From the NCBI RefSeq assembly GCF_006345805.1, contig NC_043010.1:57350001-57414000 (forward strand): DNA of 64,000 nt, in the 5' to 3' direction. How positions within the stretch are numbered: position 1 is the first letter of the stretch; every line of letters begins with the position of its first letter. Under the pieces are notes generated by a model. The model saw only the letters and a list, made by a program, of their open reading frames with translations. It did no database searches and was not told the DNA's origin. This document shows positions 27,786-40,080 of this stretch, piece after piece. Made by a program: the position numbers and the translations under genes. Source of the DNA: Octopus sinensis (Eukaryota).

Positions 27786-29277
27786 TATATATATATAGAT
27801 ATAGAATTTAATATAAATATAAATTACAAAGTGGGACAAGAACGCAAAAAACACACAAGGAGACGACACAAAAAGCGAGGGGTCCCTCGAAGCCTCCATC
27901 TTCAGTCGGGAACCGGATTCATCTTAGTAATTTCGGCTGTTTAATCTCGATATCACTCCGATCCGGCGGCCAGCCCCAAGGAAACATCCAAGCCACAGGC
28001 ATTGGATTCTTGGAAGAGGGTCGAATGTATAGGAACAAAGACAGTAGAGCCACACAAATGTAAATACAAGAAACAAAATATATAAAAAAACAGAAATAAA
28101 AACACGAAGGTGACAGTACATATATATATGTGTGTGTGTGTTTGTATGATATGTGATATATATATATATACAACACCACATATATATATATATATAATAG
28201 CTGATATATATAGTATGTAATATTTGTGTGTGCATATGTATATATATATACATATATAGATATGGCACGTAAAAAGCACACCACTACACTCACGAGTGGT
28301 TGGCGTTAGAAGGCATCCAGCTGTAGAAACACTTGCCAGATAAGACTGGAGCCTGGTGCAGCCTTCTGGCTTCCCAGATCCCCGGTTCGAACCGACGTCC
28401 CAACCACTGCCATGCTAGCATGGAGAACGGACGTTAAACGATGATGATGAGATGATGATGATGATATATGTACACCCCCTCCCCATTCTATAATTTATAT
28501 TTACTTTTATAAGGAAAAGGAAATGGTCCACAGTACTCACCCATAAAACAAAGGACAGACATCCATGTGTATGCCATCATCACCATTGTCATCACTGAAT
28601 GTCCGTTGTCCANNNNNNNNNNNNNNNNNNNNNNNNNNNNNNNNNNNNNNNNNNNNNNNNNNNNNNNNNNNNNNNNNNNNNNNNNNNNNNNNNNNNNNNN
28701 NNNNNNNNNNNNAAGGGCATCCAGCTGTAGAAACACTGCCAGACTAGACTGGAGCCTGGGGCAGTCTCCGAGCTCCCCAGAACCCCGGTCGAAACCGTCC
28801 AACCCGTGCTAGCGCGGAAAACGGACGTTAAATGATGATGATGATGATGATGATGATATATATATATATATATATATATATACAGTATATATATATATAT
28901 ATATATAGAATTTAGTATAAAATATAAATTACAAAGTGGGGCAAGAACGCAAAAACACACAAGGAGACGACACAAAAAAGCGACGGGGTCACTGGAAGCC
29001 TCCAATCTTCAGTCGGGAACCGGATCATCTTAGTAATTTCGGCTGTTTAATCTCGATATCACTCCGATCCGGCCAGCCCCAAGGAAAATCCAAGCCACAG
29101 GCATTGGATTTCTTGGAAAGAGGGTCGAATGCATACGGAACAAAGACAGGATGCCACACAAATGTAAATACAAGAAACAAAATTATATATAAAAAACAGA
29201 AATAAAAAACACGAAGGTGGACAGTACATATATATATATGTGTGTGTGTTTGTATATATGTGTATATATATATATAT

Positions 29278-29313
<36 letters not shown>

Positions 29314-29710
29314 GTATGTAATATTTGTGTGTGTGCATATGTATATATATATACATATATATATGGCACGTAAAAAGCACCCACTACACTCACGGAGAGT
29401 GGTTGGCGTTAGGAAGGGCATCCAGCTGTAGAAAACATGCCAGATAAGACTGGAGCCTGGTGCAGCCTTCTGGCTTCCCAGATCCCGGTCAAACCGTCAA
29501 CCCATGCTAGCATGGAGAACGGACGTTAAACGATTGATGATGATGATGATGATGATGATGATATATGTACACCCCCTCCCCAAATATATATGTTATATTT
29601 ACTTTTATAAGGAGAAAAGGAAATGGTCAACAGTAGCTCCACATAAAAACAAAGGACAGACATCCATGTGTATGCCATCATCACCATTGTCATCACTGAA
29701 TGTCCGTTGT
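27740..29710. repeat. ~0.85-kb segment duplicated on both sides of an assembly gap
   Basis: 27760-28612 matches 28870-29712 with many 1-bp indels. Confidence 0.85.
28613..28712. other. Assembly gap (100 N)
   Basis: Direct inspection. Confidence 1.
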
Positions 29711-30110
29711 CCATGGATTGGATGGTTGGCTGGGCTGGCACACTGGAAGGCTGCACCAGGATCCAGTCTGATTTGGTTTTCTATTGCTTCCAAGAGTGTA
29801 ATAGGCACATTTACGTGCCACTGGCACCGGTGCCATTCGCGTGGCACCGGTATCTGCCATGATTGTGATTTTGTTCAGCTTGATGGCTCTTCTTCCCAAG
29901 CACGACATAATGCCAAAGGTCTTGGTCATTGCCTCCGTGAGAGCTAACACCCGAACAGAGCTTGGCCACTTTGCTTCCATGAAGCCCAGTGCTCAAAAGG
30001 AACTCAGCCACCTCGCCTCCACGAAGCCTGTTTGAAAGGAACTCAACCACTTCACCTCTGTGAGGCCCAACGCTTGGAAGGAACTCAACCACTTTGCCTC
30101 CATGTGGCCC
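29700..30110 (-). mobile_element. RTE LINE 3' fragment and 3'UTR
   Basis: LTEAMTKT-like text homologous to 37800-37900 (LTEAMTSDRDLW), continuing into the family B 3'UTR. Confidence 0.55.
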
Positions 30111-30229
30111 ATTGTTCAAAGGTTGATATTAGATGACAAACTCGGGTGGGCTGTGGTTTTTATACAGGTGGTATGGATTAAATACCCGGCCATGGTTGTT
30201 TTAGTTTTGAAGATTGCTTTCCAAGCACA

Positions 30230-31150
30230 CACATGCATGACTAACACCCATACACTCACACTCACATACACACACACCAACATATACACGCACACGCACA
30301 CATACACGCACACACACACCTACACTCCCACACACATACATACACACCTACATACACACACACATGCATACACACGCACACACACGCATACATACATATA
30401 TTACACACGTACACACACACCTACATACACATGCATACACACACACACACAACACACACGGACACACCCATACATACATACATACATACACCTATACACA
30501 CACGCCCACACACCTACATACACACACATGCATACACACACACAGACACACCCATACATACTTACATACATACACCTATACACACACGCCTACACACCTA
30601 CATACACACACATGCATACACACACACACATGTACGCACATACACACACATATACGCACATACATATATACCTACACACATGCACACACACACACACACA
30701 CATACGCACATGCATACGCATACATGCATACGCATACATGCATACATGCATACACACACACACGCACGTACACATACATACACACACACACACATACATA
30801 CACCCATACACATACATGCATCCTACACACACAGACATACACACACACACACTCACTCACACACCTGCATGTACGCGCATACACATGCACCTACACACAC
30901 TTCCACACACACATACATACATACATACACACTCATACACATACACACACACACACACACGGACATACATCTATATACACACATATACACACACATACTT
31001 ACATACATTCATCGGACACACGACACCCACGGACTTACACACAGACACACTCACACATCCACACACACATACATACTTACACACACACTCGCAGGCGCGC
31101 ACACATACACGCTTGTGCACGTTCGCGCACGCATACACGCATGCATGCAC
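30230..31150. repeat. Degenerate (CA)/(TACA) low-complexity tract
   Basis: Direct inspection; source of the His/Thr ORFs. Confidence 0.95.
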
Positions 31151-31861
31151 CACGCTTGTGGTTTGACCGACTAGATCTCCTGTACGTATCTGGGGCCGGC
31201 GCGTGTCTTCCCCCCCCTCCGCTGCAGTTTGTTTCCTTAAACTCCCCCCTCTTTGTACACACACGCACACAGATACACACACCCACTCACACACACACAT
31301 TTGCATATATATATACATTACACTTACACACACTTCAAATTTACTTGCCATACACACAACTACGCACACTGGACACACTACCACTCTACACACACACTGG
31401 CACGTTACATACGCCCCCACCCTTTCCCTCCTTCCCTTCTTCCTTCCTTCCTCCCTTTTTTTTTTTTTACCACTGACCACTCACTCGAGACTTGCTATGT
31501 CATCTGTTCGCCCTGCATGCACTAACATATACATATTTTTTGTTTTTTTATCTCGCCTCACACACACATACACACACGCACACGCACACACTCACACATA
31601 CATACACACGCACACACACATACCTCCCTGTTTCTGACCTGCCTTTCTGACTTGCTAGGGTACCCCCACACACTCCTTTAATTCTACTACTGCCTGCTAC
31701 TAGCCACTGTCCAACCATACACACACATACACACACACGCACACACACCCACACACACCTCGTTTTCTCGCACACTTTCTTACCATTCCCTCTTTGATTC
31801 AGCTCTCCTGTTTTTAAAAAACATTTTCTCCTTTTTTACAACTTCCGTCTTTTCAGTATGT

Positions 31862-32056
31862 GACCTCGTGAAGGACTACCTGCAATTTTTTCCTCTGTCC
31901 TCCGTCTCGGGATCTTTCTTTTCCTATGTTTCCGATGAAGAGCTCGCTCGAAACGTCATACCCTCCTTCTTCCATTTTCCTGAGCGCCTAATAATAATAA
32001 TACGTAATTGTTCCACGTGCTGTTGTTTTTCTGTTTTCCCGTTGGATTAAACCTTA
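31862..32056 (+). mobile_element. Short element with hammerhead motif, ending at (TA)n
   Basis: Hammerhead motif followed by CCTGAGCG, as in 420-630. Confidence 0.55.
31928..31961 (+). ncRNA. Minimal hammerhead motif (U4C variant)
   Basis: GUUU-CCGAUGA-A-GAGCUCGCUC-GAAA-C-GUC-AUAC; GUC triplet, ACGU palindrome, one mismatch in stem I. Confidence 0.55.
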
Positions 32057-32177
32057 TATATATATATATATATATATATAAATATAGGGATGGTATTATT
32101 AAAATACCATCACAAGTCGTAAGTGAATTATCAGCCGTACAGGCAAATTAACAAAATATATACACACAATATTAGAT

Positions 32178-32367
32178 ATGTACATATATACACAAGGGGA
32201 CTATATGAGCACCTACAACTCTAAAATAGAAGTCAAAAATACTTCTGTCCCACCGAATAGTCACAAATCTATTACAGACATGATAGGAAAAATATCAGGG
32301 ATTTTTTTTGACTTCTATTTTTAGTGATGTATGTACTCATGAAGTGCCCTGTGTATATATGTACATA
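32178..32367. repeat. Imperfect inverted repeat, ~62-bp arms
   Basis: TATGTACATATATACACAAG...AAAATAGAAGTCAAAAA versus TTTTTGACTTCTATTTT...GTGTATATATGTACATA. Confidence 0.7.
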
Positions 32368-32417
32368 ACTAATTCTATGCATATGTTTTATATTTACATA
32401 CATATATAAGTATATAT

Positions 32418-32453
<36 letters not shown>

Positions 32454-32486
32454 TGTATATATATATATACTTATATATCTGTATAT

Positions 32487-32520
<34 letters not shown>

Positions 32521-32574
32521 ATATTATTAGTGATTGAAGAAAGGAGTTGAACGAAGATTGAACAGAAATCGTTT

Positions 32575-32666
32575 TATTGCATTCACACGTGTTTCGAAAG
32601 GCACAATTTACCAAATTCCGATTGAATAATGAGACCATATTGTGTCTTTCTCTTCAGGAAGAAATA
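32575..32666 (-). ncRNA. Second hammerhead copy in the left arm (lacks the H17 nucleotide)
   Basis: Same core and stems as 32801-32890, but ACACGUGU is followed by G instead of A. Confidence 0.55.
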
Positions 32667-32800
32667 GGAAATCCGTTGGAAAAAACAAAAACAGAACAGA
32701 GGCGGAGCAAAACAACAGTTTGGCCATGGGCTCTTAGGAGCCTCGTTCAATTTGTTTTGCTCCGCCTCTGTTCTGTTTTTGTTTTTTCCAATGGATTTCC

Positions 32801-32890
32801 TATTTCTTCCTGAAGAGAAAGACACAATATGTCTCATTTCAATCGGAATTTGGTAAATTGTGCCTTTCGAAACACGTGTAGAATGAAATA
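32801..32890 (+). ncRNA. Type I hammerhead ribozyme motif, intact core
   Basis: UAUUUCUUC-CUGAAGA-GAAAGACACAAU...AUUGUGCCUUUC-GAAA-CACGUGUA-GAA(U)GAAAUA: G10.1-C11.1 pair, ~11-bp stem II, 8-nt palindromic stem III (ACACGUGU), GUA triplet, 9-bp bulged stem I. Confidence 0.8.
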
Positions 32891-33100
32891 AAACGATTCT
32901 GTTCAATCTTCGTTCAACTCCATTTCTTCAATTCACTAATAATATTAAAATTCAATTATCCGCACCAACGCACGGTTGCTACACCATATGGTTGTACCTC
33001 CAACGTGTTCTTCTGCTGTTCTGTGTGATTTTTGCTACCAAGGTATCAGTTAAACTTTTGATTAATCTGCAACAAGATTATTCATCTTTCTATTTCACAA

Positions 33101-33132
<32 letters not shown>

Positions 33133-33732
33133 GCATGTGCATGCACACGCACACACACGCTTGTATATCATCAATATTACCATTTTGCACCCACTTTCGC
33201 TTGCTGGCATGGCTGTGGGCAGTGGATGGTTCAACACATGGTCTCTGGCATAGTTGTCATTTAGAGTCAATTCTCTTATGGATGCTGCCACATCTCACTC
33301 AAACATTGTGTTATATTTCTGTCTTACTTTCTAGGACTCGATGCCCTCCTTAACACCAGCAACAGTACGGAATGTTCTGGCTGGATTTTTTAGTGATACT
33401 AACCCTAAATTTCTTGCATTGTACAACACTGTAATCCTAGAGGGTCTTTCCTGTGAAGGGTGTGTTCTTTTCTTCAAGGCGATGAGGCTGTGAGAAGACT
33501 CCCTTTCAGATTCTGTTGCTGACATCCAGAATGAAACAGTTTGAGGCTGCATAGAGTAGAGGAAAGAGAGATAAACAGACTTGCTCAAGGTTGCAATGTG
33601 GTTCGCAGATTTAAATCTGTCACATTATGATCATGAACCAGAGTCCCTAATTATTAGGGGACGTGCTTTCACACACACACACATATAGATGCGCATTTCA
33701 TATGTGTATGTGATTACATATACATATATTAC

Positions 33733-33791
<59 letters not shown>

Positions 33792-33976
33792 TGTGTGTGT
33801 GTGTATAATTATATATATGTATATATATATATGTATATGTATGTATATATATATATATATATGTAATATATATTATATACTACATATAATATTTATAATT
33901 ACATATATTATATATAAACACACATATATGAATAATGTATGAACCTTTGTGTGTATGAGTGTGAATATGTATACAT

Positions 33977-34040
<64 letters not shown>

Positions 34041-34515
34041 CATACATACATATACGCAAAGATACAAGAAATTGTTTTTTTTTTTGTTATTTGTGGTTGT
34101 GATAAGATGATGTGAGTGGTAGTGGTGAGGTGCATTGGAAGTGGTTCTGCTAGAGAAAGAGAGAGTGAGAGAGGAAGAGAGAGAGAGAGAGGGGGGAGAT
34201 GGCTGGAAGGTGGGTGTGGGGAAATGCTGCTTGATACTCTCGCATGCAAAGTCTCACTGTAATTTGCCTTTATTTCAGAAGCAGCGTCCCCCATTTTTCT
34301 CATCAATAACCATAATTAGCAAGCAGAGAAGAGGGGGAAATATGAATACATCAAGTTGTAGGTGTGTGTGTGTGTGGTTGGTGTTTATATGTGTGCTTGC
34401 ATGTGTTTGTGTGTGTGTGTATATGTGTGTGTGCACATACACACGCACACACATATATATGTGCATATATATATATATACATATACATACATACAAACAT
34501 ACATACATACATACA

Positions 34516-34551
<36 letters not shown>

Positions 34552-34559
34552 TATATATA

Positions 34560-35229
34560 CAGAGTGCAATGGGTAAATTGTCGCCATTTTATATTTTTGA
34601 TTTTGCGTATGCCCATTGTTTTGGATTGTGTTGACTACATAGTATAGTAGGGTCAGTTGGGCACCGTTTGTGAGAAAAACAGCACCATGACACAATTCAC
34701 TCTGCCAGAAATTTGGAAACGACATGCTGTACTGCTTGGCATTCATGTTGGAAGATCTAATACAAACATTTGAGAGTGTTTGGGTGTCAATCTGAGGAGA
34801 GTGCAATCTGCACCATGCCACACAAGCAGGAGGACCCAGTCATGGCTGTCAGACAATTTCTGTGACCACATCGTCCATAACATCTGACCACCTAACTCCC
34901 CAGACTGCAACTCCCTTGATTATTATGTGTAGGGCGTAGTTGAGTAAGAGACCAACAAAACTCCTTGTAACACCAAAGATGAATTGAACGCAAGGATTAT
35001 GGCAGCATTCACCAACTTAAACAAGGAGACAATTCAGAAGAGTTGCAGGAGATTCCAAAGTCATCTGGAGGCCATGGTTGAAGCCAATGGCGATTTTATT
35101 GAATAAATTTACTCTTTAGTATTTCAAGGTATTTTTATGTAATTTTGGTAAATATATTTGTTAAAATGAGATGTCAGTGTTATTTCCATTTTTGCATAAT
35201 TTAGATGACAGTTTATTCAGCGCACCCTC
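34560..35229 (+). mobile_element. Internally deleted mariner-superfamily (DD37D/maT-like) element
   Basis: C-terminal SAPCHTSRRTQSWL...PNSPDCNSLDYYV...LEAMVEANGDFIE*; imperfect TIRs (CAGAGTGCAATGGGTAAATTGTC versus GAGGGTGCGCTGAATAAACTGTC) flanked by TA; deletion junction near 34806. Confidence 0.8.
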
Positions 35230-35369
35230 TATATGTATGTGTGTATATATATATATATATTATATATATATATATACTAAAGAGTAAATTTATTCAATAA
35301 AATCGCCATTGGCTTTAACCACGGCATCCAGATGACTTTATATATATATATGCATATGTGTGTATATAC

Positions 35370-35402
<33 letters not shown>

Positions 35403-36289
35403 ATGCACATGGTAGGGAATTGGAGGGAAATACGAATTCACTCATCTATATAAATGTGGATTTGCTGATTAGCCTTTATATGTTCTGATGATGCTTGGTC
35501 AGAAACTTAGGGGGTAAGTTTTCCTAACATCTTCAGATTTATAATTATCGAAACATTATGTTGATAACGGAAATGAATCTTATGATTCTAATCAAGAAAT
35601 GTGTCCATAATTAATCAAAGTCTGTTTGATTTCATTATTTTTCTTCCTTTTAGCCTTGTGTGAGTTACAAATATTGTTGTCTGTGGAGACATATTTTTGT
35701 AGAAAAAGGAAATAGTAGTCTTTTGGCTGCTATTTCTAAAATTTTCGGTATGTGGTCAAGCAACTTGTTGCTAAACCCTCATTGTTATAATTATATATAT
35801 ATATATATATAATACATATAATATACATACATAAACACATACACACACGCACACACACATATATATATAGACAGAGAGAGAGTGAGATGAATATTGTTAT
35901 TCTTGTATGTAGTTGTGTATAGATATATATATATACACAAATAGCAACTACTAGATGGATAGTAATATGTGAATGGGTGTGTTTGAGCATGTAAAGCAGT
36001 CCAATGCTATGGTTCTGAGTTCAATTTCAGTTCTCCAAAGACAAACAATATACTCCCAGAAGAAGCAAGTATAGAAACATGAAACTAACAGACTAGGTAT
36101 AAAGTACAACTAATTACAACTAATTACAACTAATTACATAGGCATTAACCAACAATTTGTGCACACTCTCGCAACCATTTTATGTGTGTGTAGTGAACTC
36201 AAATTTTGTTGTTCAAATTACAGTTCCTTGGCTGAATATAATTTTCTTCAGAGAACATCTTTGCCATAAAATTTCTTCATTTCATTTAC

Positions 36290-36434
36290 CATTCCTACGT
36301 GGTTTTCCAAGAACTTATCTGCTGAGTCTGCTTGTGATTTCTTGCCCAAATCCCTGTTTGCCAAGTGAATGAGTGCCTTGTCACTCCTACGTCTATGATT
36401 CCTGCTCAGTTTTAATTCATCAAATTTTTGCTTG
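36290..36434 (-). CDS. Candidate host-gene exon, product unknown
   Basis: TTTTCATAG acceptor and ATG|GTAAAT donor; open frame KQKFDELKLSRNHRRRSDKALIHLANRDLGKKSQADSADKFLENHVGM. Confidence 0.4.
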
Positions 36435-36631
36435 CTATGAAAATTTAATTTTTATCTGTAATAAACATTTGTTATTCAATTTGTTCATTTAGAGAACTAT
36501 TTGTGTGTGGGTATCCAACTATATGTAATGTAGTCAATTTAAATAAATGAACAATAAAATTAATAATTAAAGACAACAAAATATGTGCACAAAGAATGTA
36601 TTAGTTTCACGCTCAGTAAAAAGTGAGAGTT

Positions 36632-36664
36632 TTTGATGTTTCGAGCATAGCTTTTCATCAGAAA
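36632..36664 (-). ncRNA. Minimal hammerhead motif in a short element (~36590-36725)
   Basis: UUU-CUGAUGA-A-AAGC(UAU)GCUC-GAAA-C-AUC-AAA, followed by CTGAGCG; canonical core, decayed stems. Confidence 0.55.
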
Positions 36665-37194
36665 CGAGGAAAAAGGGAAGTCCAAAGAGGAAAAGAAATC
36701 ACCAAGAGTTACATCACCAAAATATATATATGTGTGTATGTGTGTATATACAACACACAAATATAACAAGCTATTCTGAATCATCATTAGAGTATCTACA
36801 TAAGTGTAGTCTGGTCTGCCATTGAACTGCCATCAGTTGTAATAATGAAGTGAAACCAAATAATGATATTTCGAAATTATTTAACATGCACATTTCTGGT
36901 TTGTGTAATATGTAATAAGAACATGCATCCATTATGTGAGACTGTTCTCAGTTAGTGTTAATTCTTGTGGCTTTGAAGTACTTTTGACTCCTATTTCTGG
37001 CAAAGCTGGTGCTTCTTAGTGCCCTTATTACATATAATTCTTATATGTATCCATTAATTTTCGTTATACGGTTTTTAAGCTTGCTGCACTAACATTGTTA
37101 TCTCTCGTTAGTAATAACGTTCTTTAAATATTTATATCTATTACTCTATTTCTCTCTCTCTCTCTCTCTAGCATCGCATAACCAGCCCACTCAA

Positions 37195-37550
37195 AAGTAC
37201 CTTGGATTGTAGGGTGACAAGCCGTGCTTGAGGAGACCTACTGAGTCAAGTACATCAAAATCAAACTACAATCAAATGGAAATTGTAGTTGTGACTCCCA
37301 TGCTGGTGGCACGTAAAAGCCACCATCCAGACGTGGCACCTGTCAGTGGCACCTGTCAGTGCTGCTTTGACTAGCTTCTGTGCCAGTGCCACATAAAAAG
37401 CATCAACTGATCGTGGCCGATGCCAGCTCCCTTGGCCCCTGTGCTGTTGGCACGTAAAAAGCACCCACTACACTCCCGGAGTGGTTGACGTTAGGAAGGG
37501 CATCCAACAGTAGAAACACTGCCAGATCGGACTAGAGTCTGGTGCAGACT
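37195..37550 (+). mobile_element. RTE 3'UTR / family B fragment
   Basis: Shares GAAGACCT...AAATCAAA...CCGTGCTxGTGG with the minus-strand RTE 3'UTR next to it. Confidence 0.65.
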
Positions 37551-37559
37551 TTATATGCT

Positions 37560-38282
37560 TTTAAAATGGTGCTTTTTATATTCCACAGGCAAGGAAGCTA
37601 GTTAGCCGCTCTGGCAATGATCAAACTTGGATGGTGCTCTTAGCGCTCCACTAGCACGGATGCCAATCATCGAATTTGATTTTGATTTCGATTTCACTTG
37701 CCTCTACAGGTCTTCACAAGCAGAGTTTAGTGTCCAATGAAGGAAAGGTACGCATAAGTGGGCTGGTTACGCCCCTGGCATAGGCCACAAGGTTATGGTC
37801 TCATTTGGCCTGTTGGGTCTTCTCAAGCACAGCATATTTCCAAAGGTCTCGGTCACTAGTCATTGCTTCGGTGAGGCCTAATGTTTGAAGGTTGTGCTTC
37901 ACCACTTCATCCCAGGTTTTCCTGGGTTTACCTATTCCACAGGTTCCCTCAACCGCTAGGGTGTGACACTTTTTCACACAGTTATCCTCATCCATTCTCA
38001 CCACATGACCATACCAGCGCAGTCATCTCTCTTGCACACCACATCTGATGCTTTTAGCTCCAACTTTTCTCCCAAGGTACTTACACTCTGTTAAGTATGC
38101 ACACTGGCATTACACATCCATTGGAGCATACTGGCTTCATTCCTTGTAAGCTTATGCATGTCCTCTTCAGTCACAGCCCATGTTTCACTGCCATTTAGCA
38201 TGGCTGTTTGTACACATGCGTCATACTGTCGGCCTTTTACTCTGAGTGAGAGGCCCTTTGTCACCAGCAGAGGTAAGAGCTC
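37560..38282 (-). mobile_element. 5'-truncated RTE LINE
   Basis: ELLPLLVTKGLSLRVKGRQYDACVQTAMLNGSETWAV...LRWYGHVVRMDED...GKPRKTWDEVV; premature stops. Confidence 0.85.
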
Positions 38283-38285
38283 ATA

Positions 38286-38364
<79 letters not shown>

Positions 38365-38791
38365 ATGTAAATTTGGTTTTGTGATACAAACAGGAAAATA
38401 AAAAGCCAAAATTATGAGTATATATTTTTTCTCTTATCCATAATAATGAAACTTTTGTAATGCCCAAAACTGTCGGCCTTTGAGTCACTCCGTAACTTTT
38501 ACCGGTTATTATTCATATTCAGCATAAGTTACAGAGTGTGGCTATGTATACACACACACACATACACACACAGACATACACACACACACACATCCATGTG
38601 AAGGTATGTATTTTGCAATTTACATCACAATCTTGCACCTTGTTAGAGAAATTTTGCCAAGGTAGATATAGTCACAAAATGAAGGACAAAGACAAGTTGA
38701 CTTTCACAGTTTTTATTTATTTATTTATTTTGTTATTTATTCATTTATTTTTTGTTGTTTTTTTTTGTTATTTGTTTGTTTGTTTCCCCAG

Positions 38792-38887
38792 ATTTATGCA
38801 GCTTCACTTGATCCATCTTCAGAATGGTTCGGATGCAATTCCTCTCAATGTGTTACATTCCTTAACCGACTGAAGCATCTTTTCCAA
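38792..38887 (+). CDS. Candidate 96-nt phase 0-0 exon, product unknown
   Basis: Long T-rich tract plus CAG acceptor, CAA|GTAATT donor; IYAASLDPSSEWFGCNSSQCVTFLNRLKHLFQ. Confidence 0.4.
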
Positions 38888-39051
38888 GTAATTTATCCCA
38901 AAATATCATGAATCCATCTGATTACCTGTACTTCAGGTATTAATAAACTTGCACAAGGTTGAGTATGGCAGCTACAGTATATATGATGTGTTGTGTATGT
39001 AAATATATATATATATATTGATGTGTGTGTGTTTATGTATGTATATATATA

Positions 39052-39108
<57 letters not shown>

Positions 39109-39348
39109 ATATATACATACATACATATATATATTTATACACACACCCATACACATGCATCCACACATTCTTACACAGTGCATCAGCAGCACCAGGAGGC
39201 TGTGTTTCCTCCTGCATGGAACCTAAATGCAGTTAAAGGAAAACTTGGAGGAAATTAACTGATATTTTTCCAGCAATATGGCATAAGGAATTGCAAAGAC
39301 TTCGTTTTTGGCAATATAACAGAGTTAGTAACATTAATATTAATTGTA

Positions 39349-39379
<31 letters not shown>

Positions 39380-39809
39380 CCATCATCATCACCATCATAA
39401 CAACAACAACAAAAATAATAATAATAATGAATTGTGAAAGCCTTGATAGTGATGATGGTAGTGATGATGGCGACAATGGTGATGATAGTGATGATGATGA
39501 TGATGACAACAACAATGCCAATGATGATGATGATGATGATGATGATGGTGATAGGGATGACGGCAACATTTAAACGTTGAGCAAGGCCTTCTGTTTTACT
39601 TGAGGGTCGCAGTTGATTAAATGGCACACTGGTACATGACCGATATTTATTTGGTATCCCTCAAACTGCACCCCACCCAGCTCCAGCCCCCACCCCACCC
39701 CCAACAGAAAGATGAAAGTTAAATTGACCTGAAATGAATGAAGACAGAATGGAAATGAAACATTGCAAAGCACCAGCAGACAGGGAGCTTGCCATTTTAT
39801 AATTCTGTC

Positions 39810-40080
39810 CTCTACATTCACTGTCATCATCATCATCATCTTCATCATCATCTTCATCATCATCATCATCATCGTCATCATCAGTGTCATTGTCATCATC
39901 ATCCTCGTTATCATCATCGTTGTCATCATTGTCATCACCATCATCTTCGTCATCATCGTCATCATCTTTGTCACGATCATCATCATTTTCATCATCATCA
40001 TCGTCATCGTCATCGTCAACGTTATCATTATCATCATCATCATTGTCGTTGTTACCGTTGTCATCAACATCATCATCAGA
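39810..40080. repeat. Degenerate (CAT)n tract
   Basis: Direct inspection. Confidence 0.9.

Larger units (their letters stand above)
32521..32945. repeat. Large near-perfect palindrome (~195-bp arms, 36-nt spacer)
   Basis: 32521-32715 is the reverse complement of 32752-32945 apart from a few substitutions and indels. Confidence 0.95.

Noticed and set aside
27890-27960. Type II hammerhead reading on the minus strand
   Set aside because: Needs a bulge before C3 and only 2 bp of stem II.
33333-33490. Plus-strand exon after a strong acceptor
   Set aside because: The sequence is a decayed minus-strand family B SINE.
35526-35562. Hammerhead-like AACAU...GAAAC-AUU-AUGUU
   Set aside because: Stem I is perfect but the core is CUUCAGA (G5 and A6 lost) and stem II is poor; at best a dead relic.
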